Origin: an uncultured Ignavibacteriota bacterium
GTDB lineage: Bacteria > Bacteroidota > Ignavibacteria > UBA10030 > BY39
Assembly: GCA_947085405.1 (NCBI GenBank)
Contig: CAMTWO010000022.1
Span: 50,912-114,911 of the forward strand
DNA: 64,000 nucleotides
Direction of reading: 5' to 3'
The notes under the pieces are model-generated. The model saw only the letters and a program-made list of their open reading frames with translations. It was not told the origin of the DNA and searched no databases. Positions 39,019-49,982 of this stretch are shown here, piece by piece; the first letter of the stretch is position 1, and every line of letters begins with the position of its first letter. A program made the translations under genes and the position numbers.

Positions 39019-40542
39019 TTATTTAGTTCTTAAAAATTCGATTCTTCTATTTTTTGCTCTGCCCTCTTCAGTTGCATTATCGGCGATCGGACGAGTAAAA
39101 CCATAACCAACCGTAGTTAAACGGGCTGCTGCAACACCTTTGCTCACAATATAGTCTTTTACTGCCTCGGCACGTCGTAAAGAAAGCAACTGATTAGATT
39201 TTGCAGATCCGATATTATCTGTATGTCCACTGATTTCAATTTGAATTTCAGGGTTTGCTAATAATCCGGCAGCAACAAATTTTAATGTATCCTCCGAACT
39301 TGGCAGCAAACGTGCACTGTTGAATTCGAAGTTAATTCCTCTCAAACTAAGTTTGTCTCCAACATCAGGAATAAAAACTACATCATCAGTTGGGTCGTTA
39401 GGATTTTTTCCTTTTTCGACTTCTTTTCCATCCGGAATTCCGCCATCATCAGTATCCATCTTTAAAGGATCAGTTTGATGGGTGATTACTTCATCATAGT
39501 CTGATAAACCATCTTCGTCGGAGTCCTTTTTTAAGGGGTCTGTCTTGTGTTGTAAAACTTCTACGCCATCTGTTAATCCATCTCCATCGGTATCAGCCTT
39601 CAGAGGATCAGTTTTGTATGTTAAAACTTCTTCGCCATCTTTTAATCCATCTTTATCGGTGTCAGCGATTAGTGGATCTGTTTTATGGATTTTGATTTCA
39701 TCTCCATCGATAAGACCATCTCCGTCAGTATCAGCATTATTCGGATTTGTTCGATATAAAAATATTTCGTCATAATCCGTTAAGCCATCATCATCGGTAT
39801 CTCTTTTAAGAGGATTTGTTAGATAAGTAAAAACTTCTTCTCCATCTTTCAGACGATCCCCATCGGTATCCGGATTTAAGGGGTCGGTGCCGAACTGCTT
39901 TTCGTCTTTATTTTTTAAACCATCGCCATCCGTATCGGCATTTCCTGATTCAAAGAAAGCATACACATTCAGACCGAATAAAAAGTATCCGTCGTTATTG
40001 TCATTTATTTTTCTATCGTCCAAATAATCTTTTGTTCCCAAAGCATACATACCCGTCAATTCGACTATAGAATTGTTTGTAATGAAATATTGAATACCAG
40101 CCCCAGATGGAATCACACCCATCCATTTAGAATAATCACCACGTGTATTATAAGGAAGCTTCCTTTCGTTTTCATCAACAGGATTGAAATTCATGATACT
40201 AATTCCACTAAAAAAGTAAGGTCTGATTCGAGAATTGGGAAATGGAGATAAGAGCAATCGAATATCGATTGGGATGATTTTAGATGAAAAGAAACCAATT
40301 TTTTTTCCTTCCACCATACCGAAACCAAAACCCGCTTCGAGAGCTAGAAAGTCGGAAGGGTGGTAACGAGAAAATATCCGGGTAATCGGTTTGGGTATAT
40401 ACCCACCGACATCGGTTTTTGCCATAGCTGTCCCAAAACTTAGTCCAAGCCCCATCCCATCTTCAAGTCTCTGAGAGAATGTTATATTATGGATTAGACA
40501 AGTTGATATGGCAAAGAATAACAAATACTTGAGAATTTTCAT
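39019..40542 (-). CDS. OmpA-family outer membrane protein with thrombospondin type 3 repeats
   Basis: N-terminal beta-barrel region, then about 9 repeats of DTDGDGLxDGEE / TDPLKxD, then a C-terminal OmpA domain (GHTDNIGSAKSNQLLSLRRAEAV). Confidence 0.9.
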   Translation of the reverse strand: MKILKYLLFFAISTCLIHNITFSQRLEDGMGLGLSFGTAMAKTDVGGYIPKPITRIFSRYHPSDFLALEAGFGFGMVEGKKIGFFSSKIIPIDIRLLLSPFPNSRIRPYFFSGISIMNFNPVDENERKLPYNTRGDYSKWMGVIPSGAGIQYFITNNSIVELTGMYALGTKDYLDDRKINDNNDGYFLFGLNVYAFFESGNADTDGDGLKNKDEKQFGTDPLNPDTDGDRLKDGEEVFTYLTNPLKRDTDDDGLTDYDEIFLYRTNPNNADTDGDGLIDGDEIKIHKTDPLIADTDKDGLKDGEEVLTYKTDPLKADTDGDGLTDGVEVLQHKTDPLKKDSDEDGLSDYDEVITHQTDPLKMDTDDGGIPDGKEVEKGKNPNDPTDDVVFIPDVGDKLSLRGINFEFNSARLLPSSEDTLKFVAAGLLANPEIQIEISGHTDNIGSAKSNQLLSLRRAEAVKDYIVSKGVAAARLTTVGYGFTRPIADNATEEGRAKNRRIEFLRTK

Positions 40543-40619
40543 TCAATGTTAAAGTTTTTGATGGCAGTGCTAATTTACGCCTTGTCAACGAGAAAGTCAA
40601 GCCTTTTTTGATTTTTTGG

Positions 40620-40648
40620 AAAAAAAAAGCCCCCAAATCAAGGGGGCT
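40620..40648 (-). terminator. Rho-independent terminator downstream of rho
   Basis: On the minus strand: AGCCCCC-TTGATTT-GGGGGCT followed by a run of 9 T. Confidence 0.8.
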
Positions 40649-40669
40649 ATTCTTGAGGAGATGACCAGA

Positions 40670-41923
40670 CTAACTGTTCATAACTCGTAAGAATTCTTTG
40701 TTCGTTTTAGTTCCTCGCATTTTATCGAGTAAGAACTCCATTGCTTCCACAGTCGAAAAATCGCTTAAAAGCTTCCTGAGTATCCAAATTCGATTCAAAT
40801 CATCCGGTTCGAGCAAAATTTCTTCTTTACGTGTACCGGAGCGATTAACATCATAAGATGGATATACCCGTCTATCGGAAAGTTTGCGGTCGAGTATAAT
40901 TTCCATATTACCTGTTCCCTTGAATTCTTCGAAGATAACCTCGTCCATTCTGCTTCCGGTTTCTACAAGAGCAGTTGCAATTATCGTTAAACTTCCACCT
41001 TCCTCGATATTACGGGCGGCTCCGAAAAAGCGTTTCGGACGTTGCAGTGCATTTGCATCAACGCCGCCTGAAAGTATTTTTCCACTATGAGGAACAACTG
41101 TATTATGAGCACGTGCTAAACGGGTAATACTGTCGAGAAGAATAACTACATCTTTTTTAGCTTCAACCAACCGTTTTGCTTTTTCCAAAACCATATCGGA
41201 AACCTGCACGTGCCGGTCGGCGGGTTCGTCGAAAGTTGAACTGATAACTTCGGCTTGAACTGAACGTTCCATATCGGTAACTTCTTCAGGACGTTCATCG
41301 ATTAATAAAACTATCAGATGAACTTCGGGATGGTTTCGTTTGATGCTGTTTGCAATTTTTTGGAGTAAAACTGTTTTGCCGGCTTTTGGAGGAGATACAA
41401 TCATTCCGCGTTGCCCTTTTCCGATGGGAGCTAACAAATCCATAATACGCATCGCGTGTTCACCGGGTGATGTTTCTAACTTTAGTTTTTCGTGAGGATA
41501 GAGTGGCGTGAGGTTATCGAATAGAACACGGTCGCGAATAGCTTCCGGATTTTCTTCGTTAACTCCTTCCACCTTTAACAGAGCAAAGAACCGTTCGCCC
41601 TCTTTTGGCGGGCGGACTTGTCCACTAACAGTATCACCGGTTCGCAATCCAAATTTTTTAATTTGCGAAGGCGATACGTAGATATCATCAGGAGAAGGAA
41701 GATAGTTATAATCAGCGGATCTCAAAAAACCGTAGCCGTCGGGTAAAACTTCTAAAACACCTTTGCTGAAACCGATTCCGTCCTTCGCCGATTGAACTTC
41801 CAGGATTTTAAAAATTAAATCCTGTTTTCTCATATCGGAATAGCCGGTAACGTCCAACTCTCTCGCAATTTTAGTGAGTTCAGCTATCTTCTTTGATTTT
41901 AGTTCTACGATGTCCATTGGCAT
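40670..41923 (-). CDS. rho: Transcription termination factor Rho
   Basis: Rho N-terminal and cold-shock-like domains, Walker A (PPKAGKT) and family similarity throughout 417 aa. A terminator lies downstream. Confidence 0.96.
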   Translation of the reverse strand: MPMDIVELKSKKIAELTKIARELDVTGYSDMRKQDLIFKILEVQSAKDGIGFSKGVLEVLPDGYGFLRSADYNYLPSPDDIYVSPSQIKKFGLRTGDTVSGQVRPPKEGERFFALLKVEGVNEENPEAIRDRVLFDNLTPLYPHEKLKLETSPGEHAMRIMDLLAPIGKGQRGMIVSPPKAGKTVLLQKIANSIKRNHPEVHLIVLLIDERPEEVTDMERSVQAEVISSTFDEPADRHVQVSDMVLEKAKRLVEAKKDVVILLDSITRLARAHNTVVPHSGKILSGGVDANALQRPKRFFGAARNIEEGGSLTIIATALVETGSRMDEVIFEEFKGTGNMEIILDRKLSDRRVYPSYDVNRSGTRKEEILLEPDDLNRIWILRKLLSDFSTVEAMEFLLDKMRGTKTNKEFLRVMNS

Positions 41924-42057
41924 AAGTTAATTCTCTCTTATTATAATTTAGATGGTTTGGTATTTATCAATGATATGTTTAAAACGTTGGATATAAACTG
42001 GATTTGTATTTTGCTTCTAAAAATTCTAAGCAAATATACGTTGAAATACAAAGAAAG

Positions 42058-43344
42058 TCAAGAATCCACAAAACGCATTGCTTCTCCTAATACATAATGA
42101 GATCCGGTAATCAAAATTATCTCTTTAGAGTTGGCATAATTTTTAGCAATTTTTAAGCTGTTTTTGGGTGTTTTTCCATCAATACAAGGGATATTGGATA
42201 ATTTGAATTTTGATGCTATTCTGCCACTTGAAATTGCTCTATCTGTTTTTGGGCTGCAAGTAATTACTATTCGTGCGAAATCTCCAATTTCCTGAACGAT
42301 CGTATTTAAATCTTTATCTTTCATCAATCCAAACACGACAATAACTTTATAAATTCCCAATCGGAATAATGTAGCTTTGAGATTAATGAAAGCTTGTGTA
42401 TTGTGAGCAACATCCCCGATAATTAAAGGATTGTTAGATAACAGATCGAAACGCCCACGAAGACCTGAAAACTTTTTCACATCGGCCAAACCGCAACGCA
42501 TGCTTTGATCTGTAATTTTGTAAATAAATTTATCTCGTAATAACAAAAGCGTAAAAGCAGATAACCTGATATTATCTTCCTGAAATTTTCCGGGCAATGT
42601 AATTTTTAAATTATTTAGTTTAGTGTTCCCGACTTTTAGGTCCACGTACTGAGCTTGTAAATCATTTTTTACCAAAACAAGTTTTGTGTTATCGTCGATA
42701 TGTTTTAACGTTGATTTTGATTTACGGGCTACAGATTGAATAACTCCGAACGCATCTTCATCTCTTACTGCAGTCAAACACGGAACAAAAGGTTTGATGA
42801 TGCCGGCTTTTTCGCGAGCAATTTTAGATGTTGTTGAACCCAAGTATTCTGTATGCTCAAGTCCGATGTTCGTGATGATACTTATTAACGGAGTGATAAT
42901 GTTTGTTGCATCAAGACGCCCGCCTAATCCGGTTTCGATTACAGCTATATCGATTTTTTGGTCGCTAAAATATTTAAAAGCTATAGCAGTTGTTGTCTCG
43001 AAAAAAGTCGCGCTTGTTTTTTTGACTTCATCTCGAACCATTTTCGTGTAGGATACAAGTTCTTTGTCGCTTATCGGTTTTCCATCAATTCGTATTCTTT
43101 CGTTGAACTTAAGTAAATGAGGCGATGTATAAAGTCCTGTCTTATATCCCGAAGCAGTAAGCACCGAAGCAATCATCGCTGCTGTTGAGCCTTTCCCATT
43201 CGTACCAGCGATATGAATTGTTGGATAGTCTTGCTGGGGGTTTCCTAATGATGCACATAGTCTTTTGATATTCTCTAAGCCGAACTTCATACCAAATTTT
43301 TGAAGTCCGTAAAGAAATTTAATTGTCGAATTATAAGAAAGCAA
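42058..43344 (-). CDS. folC: Folylpolyglutamate synthase / dihydrofolate synthase
   Basis: Mur ligase P-loop (HIAGTNGKGST) and FolC-type layout. Confidence 0.9.
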   Translation of the reverse strand: MLSYNSTIKFLYGLQKFGMKFGLENIKRLCASLGNPQQDYPTIHIAGTNGKGSTAAMIASVLTASGYKTGLYTSPHLLKFNERIRIDGKPISDKELVSYTKMVRDEVKKTSATFFETTTAIAFKYFSDQKIDIAVIETGLGGRLDATNIITPLISIITNIGLEHTEYLGSTTSKIAREKAGIIKPFVPCLTAVRDEDAFGVIQSVARKSKSTLKHIDDNTKLVLVKNDLQAQYVDLKVGNTKLNNLKITLPGKFQEDNIRLSAFTLLLLRDKFIYKITDQSMRCGLADVKKFSGLRGRFDLLSNNPLIIGDVAHNTQAFINLKATLFRLGIYKVIVVFGLMKDKDLNTIVQEIGDFARIVITCSPKTDRAISSGRIASKFKLSNIPCIDGKTPKNSLKIAKNYANSKEIILITGSHYVLGEAMRFVDS

Positions 43345-43362
43345 AATCTAATCTTCTCAGTT

Positions 43363-44307
43363 TTATAGCCAACTTTTTAAAACGGATTCATTTCCGGATG
43401 TGTCGAGCGACCCGACTATCATACCGACATCAGCAATACCATTATCGAGACAAAATTTTTCGATTCCCTCGGCTATCGAAACACTGATATTCGGGTTTAT
43501 GAAATTAGCAGTACCAACCTGAACAGCATTAGCGCCAACAATTAAAAACTCCAACGCATCCTCCGTATTAGCTATACCACCTATTCCGAAAACAGGGATT
43601 TTCACAGCGTTTACAACTTCATAAACTTTAGCTAATGCAACTGGCTTGATAGCCGGACCTGATAAACCGCCGGTTACGGTTGATATTTTGGGTTTGCGGG
43701 TTTTAACATTCACAGCCATTCCAACTAAGGTGTTGATTAAAGAAACTGCATCAGCTCCTTCCGATTCTGCTGCTTTTGCAAACTCAGAAACACGCGTAAC
43801 ATTTGGGGTGAGTTTTAGAATAATTGGTTTCGAAGTTAAACGACGGACCATTTTAGTTATCTCGGCGGTCGCTTTTAAATCGGTACCAAAACTCAACCCC
43901 CCCTCTTTGACATTTGGGCAGGATATGTTAATTTCGTATGCAGTTATTCCATTTGCCGATTCTAATTTTTCCAACACCTTACAATATTCATCAATTGTTC
44001 CGCTCGCTATGTTCGCTATGATTACGGCATTCAATTGTTTCAGGAGGGGTAATTTTTCAGAAATAAATTTTTCGACGCCGATATTTGCCAAACCAATCGA
44101 GTTAATAAGCCCGCTGGCAGTTTCTACAATTCTTGGCGGAGGATTGCCTTTACGCGGTTTTAGTGTGAGCGATTTAGTAAAAATTCCACCAAGCTTTTTT
44201 ATATCAAGAAGCTCGCTTGTTTCATCTCCATAACCAAAGGTGCCGGATGCAACAAACACGCGGTTTTTAAATTCTACATTCCCAATTTTAAACGAAGTCT
44301 TTACCAT
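43363..44307 (-). CDS. pyrD: Dihydroorotate dehydrogenase (class 1B) catalytic subunit
   Basis: NRVFVASGTFGYG, NISCPN and GGIANTEDALEFLIVGA. It lies immediately downstream of pyrK. Confidence 0.93.
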   Translation of the reverse strand: MVKTSFKIGNVEFKNRVFVASGTFGYGDETSELLDIKKLGGIFTKSLTLKPRKGNPPPRIVETASGLINSIGLANIGVEKFISEKLPLLKQLNAVIIANIASGTIDEYCKVLEKLESANGITAYEINISCPNVKEGGLSFGTDLKATAEITKMVRRLTSKPIILKLTPNVTRVSEFAKAAESEGADAVSLINTLVGMAVNVKTRKPKISTVTGGLSGPAIKPVALAKVYEVVNAVKIPVFGIGGIANTEDALEFLIVGANAVQVGTANFINPNISVSIAEGIEKFCLDNGIADVGMIVGSLDTSGNESVLKSWL

Positions 44308-45072
44308 TTACAAAATTATCTCGTTTGAATTAAATACAGGACCGTCAACACACGAAAGAGCGAAACCTTCCTCTTTATTTTTCAATTCCACTGCACATCC
44401 TTGGCAGATTCCAAAACCACACGCCATTGCGGTTTCTAATGATATCTCGCAACGGATGTTATAATCTTCCGTTAAATTAGTCAAGGCAACGAGCATCGGT
44501 GTGGGACCGCAGGCATAAATTTTACAATTTTTGTTTTTATTTTCTTCTAAAAATTGTTTCAGCAAATCAATAACAGTTCCGTGATAACCCGACGACCCAT
44601 CATCAGTTGCAGTTCGAACATCATTTAGATATGAAGTAAGCAAATATTCTTTTTTCCTGGCACCTAAAAAAGTGATAACGTTTTTTCCTTTTTGAATCAA
44701 ATTATTCTGAAGAAGAGGTAACGAAGCAGCACCCAAACCACCTCCGACCAGGATGGAAAGTTCTTCATTATCCGAAACATTGAACGGTTTACCGAGAGGT
44801 CCTAAAACATCAAGCGTATCACCTACTTTTTTGAGGGACAGTTTTTTTGTACCCATTCCCATTACACCAAAAACTATTTCGACAGAATTTTCTTGAACAT
44901 AATAAACACTGAACGGCCGCCGTAATAAAGGGGCGGTAGTTTCATCTATTTTGATGTTTATGAATTGCCCCGGCAATATTGAACGAGCTATTTCAGGAGC
45001 ATAAAAAGTAAGTTTTGTGATGGAAGAATTTATGGATGTAATTTTAGTAAGCTCGAAATTTTTTTGAATCAT
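44308..45072 (-). CDS. pyrK: Dihydroorotate dehydrogenase electron transfer subunit
   Basis: Start chosen at the ATG at 45072 (MIQKNFE) to avoid overlap with the upstream gene. FAD/NAD-binding fold and a C-terminal 2Fe-2S motif (CGFGICQGCAV). Confidence 0.88.
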   Translation of the reverse strand: MIQKNFELTKITSINSSITKLTFYAPEIARSILPGQFINIKIDETTAPLLRRPFSVYYVQENSVEIVFGVMGMGTKKLSLKKVGDTLDVLGPLGKPFNVSDNEELSILVGGGLGAASLPLLQNNLIQKGKNVITFLGARKKEYLLTSYLNDVRTATDDGSSGYHGTVIDLLKQFLEENKNKNCKIYACGPTPMLVALTNLTEDYNIRCEISLETAMACGFGICQGCAVELKNKEEGFALSCVDGPVFNSNEIIL

Positions 45073-45088
45073 TTTTGAATCCAAAAAT

Positions 45089-47344
45089 TTATTCGTCATC
45101 CGGCGGGTCTTCCTGTTCGAAATCTGCTGGATCAAATTCATCCTGATCGTCTTCACGAACATCTCTCTCGCCGCGCTGCCTTTGTGGTTGAACAGTCTTT
45201 GTCTTGGGGGTCTCTCCTTGTGTAAATTTGGGTTGAGGCGGAGGGGGAGGAACTATCTCTTTTATTTTCACATACTGCGACAGTTTTGAAGTATCCTGAG
45301 CTACTGCAACTTTTCCGGTTACATTTTCTGCATAAACGGATTTCGGGTATTTATCTATCAATTTTTGGTAGTAAAACTTTGCACTATCGTTATTGTTCAG
45401 AATGTTTTCAAAAATCCACCCTGATGTATAAAATGATTTTGTGGCGAGTTCGGAACTCGAATCGGTTGCAACGATCAAGCTAAAAAGTTTGAGTGCTTCT
45501 TTAGGTTTATTTTCATACGTTAACTTTAAAGCTTGATCGTACAATATTTCTAACTGAGGTTTTTCAAACGCTACTGTTATCCCTTTAATTTTCTTTGCCT
45601 GAATAGCATAATCTGATTTACCGTAATCTTTTATAAGTAAATCGTACAACGAATCGACCGCCTGCTGATTTCCGCGCAGCCTATGAATTTCAGCCATCGC
45701 ATAATATGCACGAGGTGAAAAATCGGGTTTGAAATTACTATTTGATACAATGGTGAACCAAAACTCTGCCGAGTCCGGTAGCGATAATTCTAACATGAAC
45801 AATGTTGCAAGTTCGAATTGATTTTTTGTAATTAAGTATAAGGCGCTATCTGCACTTATCGAAACCTGAGGTAATACTGCCGGCTTTGGTGCTGCTGCCT
45901 CCTCCTTCAGTTGTTGTCTCAATTTCGAAGGTTCCTGTAATATAACGTCGTCATCAAATTCTACCAGTTCATCATTAAGCGTATCCTTTGGCAAATCAGC
46001 CGTAGGCAGCATCAATGTATCTCGGTTTTGCAGCAAACTATCAGTTTTCTCTGCTGTAAGAATTTGTTTAGTAGAATCGATTGCTACTGCAGTTATTGAT
46101 GCAGTATCTTTCCCGATGTTCGCTCGTTTTATGGAATCTCTTCTTATTGCTAAGTAAAACAAACTATCATAAATATTTATATTTTTATGATATGAAAAAT
46201 ATTTATTTAACGCATCAACTTTTTTGACTGCAAGGGGTGTAATTTCTGACTGCGGATTTTCAACTTTTGCTTTTTCGTAATAAAATTTTGCTTCACCAAA
46301 ATCATGAAACGTTGATTCGTACAACACTCCGCGAGCATAAAAACTCTTTGCCGAAGCGTCCGTCTTCTTATAAACGGTATCAACCATCTCATATTGGTCT
46401 AAAGCTTTTTCATATTTTCCCATGACGCTATAGGTATTTGCTATTTCTAAATCGACGTATGAGAAATATTCTGTTGTTAAATCCTGATCCTTCATTTCAA
46501 ACAGACGCTGAATCGCATTTATGGATTTTCCCGATTCCCTTAACATTCTTGCAGAATTTAATTCAGCACGAAATCTTAAACTTTCATTTGGCTTGTAATC
46601 TGCGACATTACTGTATGCGATTCTTGCTTTATCATAATCTTGAAGCAATTCATGTATTCTTCCTTGTTGAAACGCAGCAATAGCTAACAATTTTCCATCT
46701 GCATCTATTTTGAGAGCTTGTGAGTATGATTTTTCGGCTTTAACATATTCACCACGTTCTAAATATATTTGCCCTGCTAACAAGTACAACTCTGCAGCAA
46801 TGTCTTCCTCTCCAGCGTCGAAAGCTTGTGAAGAATATTTTGCTGTATAGTTTAGAGCTTCATCAAACGCTTCCATGTTATATAAGGTGCGCGCATACAA
46901 TAAATGGGCTTTCCAAAAATGACTGCTCGTCGGGAAGTTTTCAATTAATTCATTGAATTTTTTTAGAGCCAAATCGTTGTCGTCTTCGTAGTAATAAATT
47001 TCACCAATCATCATAATTGCATCATCAACCCACTTGCTGCGGGGGTAAAACTGAATGATCTTTGATGTTTTTTCAATCACGATATTAAATTTAGTGCGTA
47101 CAGCTTGATTTGCAACGTAAGGGGAAAAATAATTTGTGTCTAACGATTTCGGAGGATTTTTGTATAGTTCTAAAAGAGCTTCGTCGTAATGTTTTTTTGC
47201 ATTATAGTATGAATTGAAATATCCCATCGTATTTTCGTACCGGGTAGAAAAAAATTCTCCGATAGGACTCGAACACCCGCTAACAAAAATAACTGTGGAG
47301 ATGAGAAATAAAATTTTAGAGATAGAAAGAAATCGGATAGTCAT
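45089..47344 (-). CDS. TPR-repeat lipoprotein with a Pro-rich and acidic C-terminal tail
   Basis: Lipobox (VSGCSS), many TPR-like repeats, and the tail PPPPPQPKF...EDDQDEFDPADFEQEDPPDDE. Confidence 0.7.
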   Translation of the reverse strand: MTIRFLSISKILFLISTVIFVSGCSSPIGEFFSTRYENTMGYFNSYYNAKKHYDEALLELYKNPPKSLDTNYFSPYVANQAVRTKFNIVIEKTSKIIQFYPRSKWVDDAIMMIGEIYYYEDDNDLALKKFNELIENFPTSSHFWKAHLLYARTLYNMEAFDEALNYTAKYSSQAFDAGEEDIAAELYLLAGQIYLERGEYVKAEKSYSQALKIDADGKLLAIAAFQQGRIHELLQDYDKARIAYSNVADYKPNESLRFRAELNSARMLRESGKSINAIQRLFEMKDQDLTTEYFSYVDLEIANTYSVMGKYEKALDQYEMVDTVYKKTDASAKSFYARGVLYESTFHDFGEAKFYYEKAKVENPQSEITPLAVKKVDALNKYFSYHKNINIYDSLFYLAIRRDSIKRANIGKDTASITAVAIDSTKQILTAEKTDSLLQNRDTLMLPTADLPKDTLNDELVEFDDDVILQEPSKLRQQLKEEAAAPKPAVLPQVSISADSALYLITKNQFELATLFMLELSLPDSAEFWFTIVSNSNFKPDFSPRAYYAMAEIHRLRGNQQAVDSLYDLLIKDYGKSDYAIQAKKIKGITVAFEKPQLEILYDQALKLTYENKPKEALKLFSLIVATDSSSELATKSFYTSGWIFENILNNNDSAKFYYQKLIDKYPKSVYAENVTGKVAVAQDTSKLSQYVKIKEIVPPPPPQPKFTQGETPKTKTVQPQRQRGERDVREDDQDEFDPADFEQEDPPDDE

Positions 47345-47415
47345 ATAATTTTTGATAATGATTAAATCTGTTTAATATTAGTGAATATTTAATAAAAATG
47401 CAAAAGGCAAAACGC

Positions 47416-47796
47416 TTATGCAGTCGGTTTGATGATGGGTATTTCAACCTTCATCGGAACAACCGTGTATTTGTTTTTAATTAGCAATATTACTTTTCCG
47501 ACCTCGTATCGTGATTTGATTATTATTTGATTTTTATCTTTTGATAGAATTTCAATTTTTTCGTATCCTTCTATGATTACAAATTCAGTTTTGAATTCTC
47601 TGAAAGGAACACCAAAACCAAGACGATTCAAACTTACAACACTGATTGTTGCAGTAGAGTTTCCATCAGGAAACAGATAATGTGGATTTGTTTCGACATT
47701 TATTGAATCGACCGTCAGTATTTCTTTCACCAAAATTATGGCAGAAAACACCAATAATACGACTAAAATTAACCTTATTTCATCTCTGTTCATCAA
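47416..47796 (-). CDS. Hypothetical membrane-anchored protein
   Basis: ORF with an N-terminal TM helix; no family recognised. Confidence 0.45.
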   Translation of the reverse strand: MMNRDEIRLILVVLLVFSAIILVKEILTVDSINVETNPHYLFPDGNSTATISVVSLNRLGFGVPFREFKTEFVIIEGYEKIEILSKDKNQIIIKSRYEVGKVILLIKNKYTVVPMKVEIPIIKPTA

Positions 47797-47887
47797 TTTT
47801 TATGATCAATTAAACCTCGTAGTCAGAATATTGTCAAAATGGTGTAGTTAATCTAATAAAATAAACAATAACTTGAAAGGATAATTT

Positions 47888-48499
47888 ATGTTGACAACTC
47901 ATCTACGATGCCGTAGGCAACTCGTTGAGAAACACAAAAATGTTTTTATTGCCATTTTAATATTATTAGCCATCGGTTTTACCTCTGTCTATGCTCAAAT
48001 GGAAAAAGAAATCAAGATCATCAAGAAGCAAGGATCGAAAGTTGAAGTGATAGAGGAAGATGATGATGATTTTCCACAGATGATGCATAAGATGCACAAG
48101 ATGAATAAGTTGAATCTGACTGATGACCAACAGAAGCAATTCGACAAACTGCGATTTGATATCCAAAAGAAACAAACCGATGCTCAGGCAAAAGTTAAAA
48201 CAGCCGGAATCGAGCTGAAAGAGTTATTCAGCGCCGATAAGTTAGACCGTGCTGCAATCGAGAAAAAGATGAAAGAGATTGCGGACTTACGATTAAAGCT
48301 TCGCCTCAATCATCTCGACCATTGGTTTGCTGTGAACAAGATATTGGATGAAAAGCAGCAGAAAATTTGGAAAGAAAAACTTGAGCAACGGGGCGGTCCC
48401 GGTATGAAAGGTATGATGAAGGAATTTGGCGGCAGAGGTAAAAAAATGATGCATCGTAAAATGGACGATTGCGATAATCCTTGTTGTAATAAAGATTAA
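47888..48499 (+). CDS. Periplasmic Spy/CpxP/ZraP-like (LTxxQ) protein with Met/His and Cys-rich segments
   Basis: Signal/anchor, QMMHKMHKMNKLNLTDDQQKQFDKL (LTxxQ motif), helical Lys/Glu-rich body and a C-terminal DDCDNPCCNKD. A terminator follows. Confidence 0.6.
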   Translation: MLTTHLRCRRQLVEKHKNVFIAILILLAIGFTSVYAQMEKEIKIIKKQGSKVEVIEEDDDDFPQMMHKMHKMNKLNLTDDQQKQFDKLRFDIQKKQTDAQAKVKTAGIELKELFSADKLDRAAIEKKMKEIADLRLKLRLNHLDHWFAVNKILDEKQQKIWKEKLEQRGGPGMKGMMKEFGGRGKKMMHRKMDDCDNPCCNKD

Positions 48500-48512
48500 T
48501 CACGATTTCAAT

Positions 48513-48554
48513 ATCCCGTTAGTTCGCCTTTGGCGGATTAACGGGATTTATTTT
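48513..48554 (+). terminator. Terminator hairpin between convergent genes
   Basis: ATCCCGTTA ... TAACGGGAT with inner CGCC-TTTG-GCGG, followed by TTATTTTA. It lies between the convergent genes ending at 48499 (+) and 48553 (-). Confidence 0.7.
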
Positions 48555-49254
48555 ACCAATCGGGATTTGTAGGTCTTACATCAATCTCGCTGACCATAAC
48601 ATTGCGAGGCATTGATAAAGCATCTACAACAACTTTTGCAATATCTTCCGGTTGAGGCATTTGTGAAGTATCTTTTACATTATTCGAGAATGATGTGTTT
48701 ACCGAACCCGGACAAATAGTGATCACCCGGATATTGTTCTTTCTTACTTCCAACATCAAACTACGGGCAAAACCGATTACCGCCCACTTTGTTGCGGAAT
48801 AACCGGCGCCACCTACAAAAGCATTTCTCCCTGCTAATGAGGAAATATTAATTATATCTCCGCTGTTCTGTTTTATCATATAAGGCAACACCGATTTTGT
48901 TGCTAAAAATAATCCACGCATATTCACCGAGAACATTTGGTCGAACTCTTCCAATTTCATTTCCGCTACTTTCGAGAAGTAACCTACACCTGCATTATTC
49001 ACAAGTATATCAATTTTTCCGAATTTGGAAACGACTTCTTGAACCATACTATCAACGTGCTGTTCGTTTGAAATATCAGCAAAGATGGGCAAGGCTTTCC
49101 TTCCGATTTTTTCGATGACAACCGCAGTAGATTTTAATTCCGATAATGTTCTCGATACAAGCGCAACATCAACTCCCTTTTCAGCCAGAGCTATTGCAAT
49201 CGATTTTCCAATTCCCCTGCCTGCACCTGTTACAATCGCTACTTTGTTTTTCAT
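48553..49254 (-). CDS. SDR-family oxidoreductase
   Basis: TGAGRGIGKSIA, NNAG and YSATK catalytic motifs. Confidence 0.9.
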   Translation of the reverse strand: MKNKVAIVTGAGRGIGKSIAIALAEKGVDVALVSRTLSELKSTAVVIEKIGRKALPIFADISNEQHVDSMVQEVVSKFGKIDILVNNAGVGYFSKVAEMKLEEFDQMFSVNMRGLFLATKSVLPYMIKQNSGDIINISSLAGRNAFVGGAGYSATKWAVIGFARSLMLEVRKNNIRVITICPGSVNTSFSNNVKDTSQMPQPEDIAKVVVDALSMPRNVMVSEIDVRPTNPDW

Positions 49255-49976
49255 TCCAAGTCTCCTAATGTCGGTCGAATAATTAATTCTTCTACAAAAG
49301 CATCTTTAAATTTTAAACGATAAAGCGACAGTACAGTTTCTGCTATACTTTTTGCATCCATCATTTTGTTTGAAAGTTTGTGCAGCTTACCTTTCCAAAT
49401 TTTCGTAGAAGTTGCGCCAGGAAAAATTGTTATTATCTTTACGTTATGTTGACGTACTTCTTCACGCAACACACGAAGCATAGCGACAAGCCCTGCTTTT
49501 GCGGCACTGTAAGCGGAGGAATTTTTGAAAGTCTTTGTTGCAACCACCGATGCTATGTTTATTATCCATCCCTCTTTTCGTTTAATCATATCAGGAAGCA
49601 CTTTTTTGATACATAAAAAAGAACCCCTTAAATTTATACCAACAATTGAGTCGTATTCCTTCAGCGAAGTTCTTTCAAACGAGTGGAAAGAGGTAATCCC
49701 AGCATTATTGATTAGAACATCGACCCCGCCTAATTTATTTTCAATTAAATGATGTGTTTTTGAAATTGCCGATGCCTTACCAATATCACACGGGAAAACA
49801 AATGCTTCGCCGCCAAGTTTGGTAATCTCTTTTTGAACGGAGTTAAGTTCTCGCACCGTTCGTGATGAAAGTACAACCTTGCATCCAATCAAAGCAAACT
49901 GAATTGCAATTTCTCTTCCGATGCCTCTTCCGGCTCCTGTTACCCAGACAACCGGCTGGCGAAATTCTTGAACCAT
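49251..49976 (-). CDS. SDR-family oxidoreductase
   Basis: VTGAGRGIGREIA, NNAG and YSAAK motifs. Overlaps the downstream SDR by 4 nt. Confidence 0.9.
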   Translation of the reverse strand: MVQEFRQPVVWVTGAGRGIGREIAIQFALIGCKVVLSSRTVRELNSVQKEITKLGGEAFVFPCDIGKASAISKTHHLIENKLGGVDVLINNAGITSFHSFERTSLKEYDSIVGINLRGSFLCIKKVLPDMIKRKEGWIINIASVVATKTFKNSSAYSAAKAGLVAMLRVLREEVRQHNVKIITIFPGATSTKIWKGKLHKLSNKMMDAKSIAETVLSLYRLKFKDAFVEELIIRPTLGDLE

Positions 49977-49982
49977 TTTGCG

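Noticed and set aside
39400-39950. Tandem DNA repeats of about 70 nt
   Set aside because: They are the coding repeats for thrombospondin type 3 (DTDGDGL/TDPLK) units of the OmpA-family protein, so the CDS explains them.
43646-44233. 195-aa ORF on the + strand
   Set aside because: It lies entirely antisense to the well-supported pyrD gene. Its composition is low-complexity and typical of a shadow ORF.
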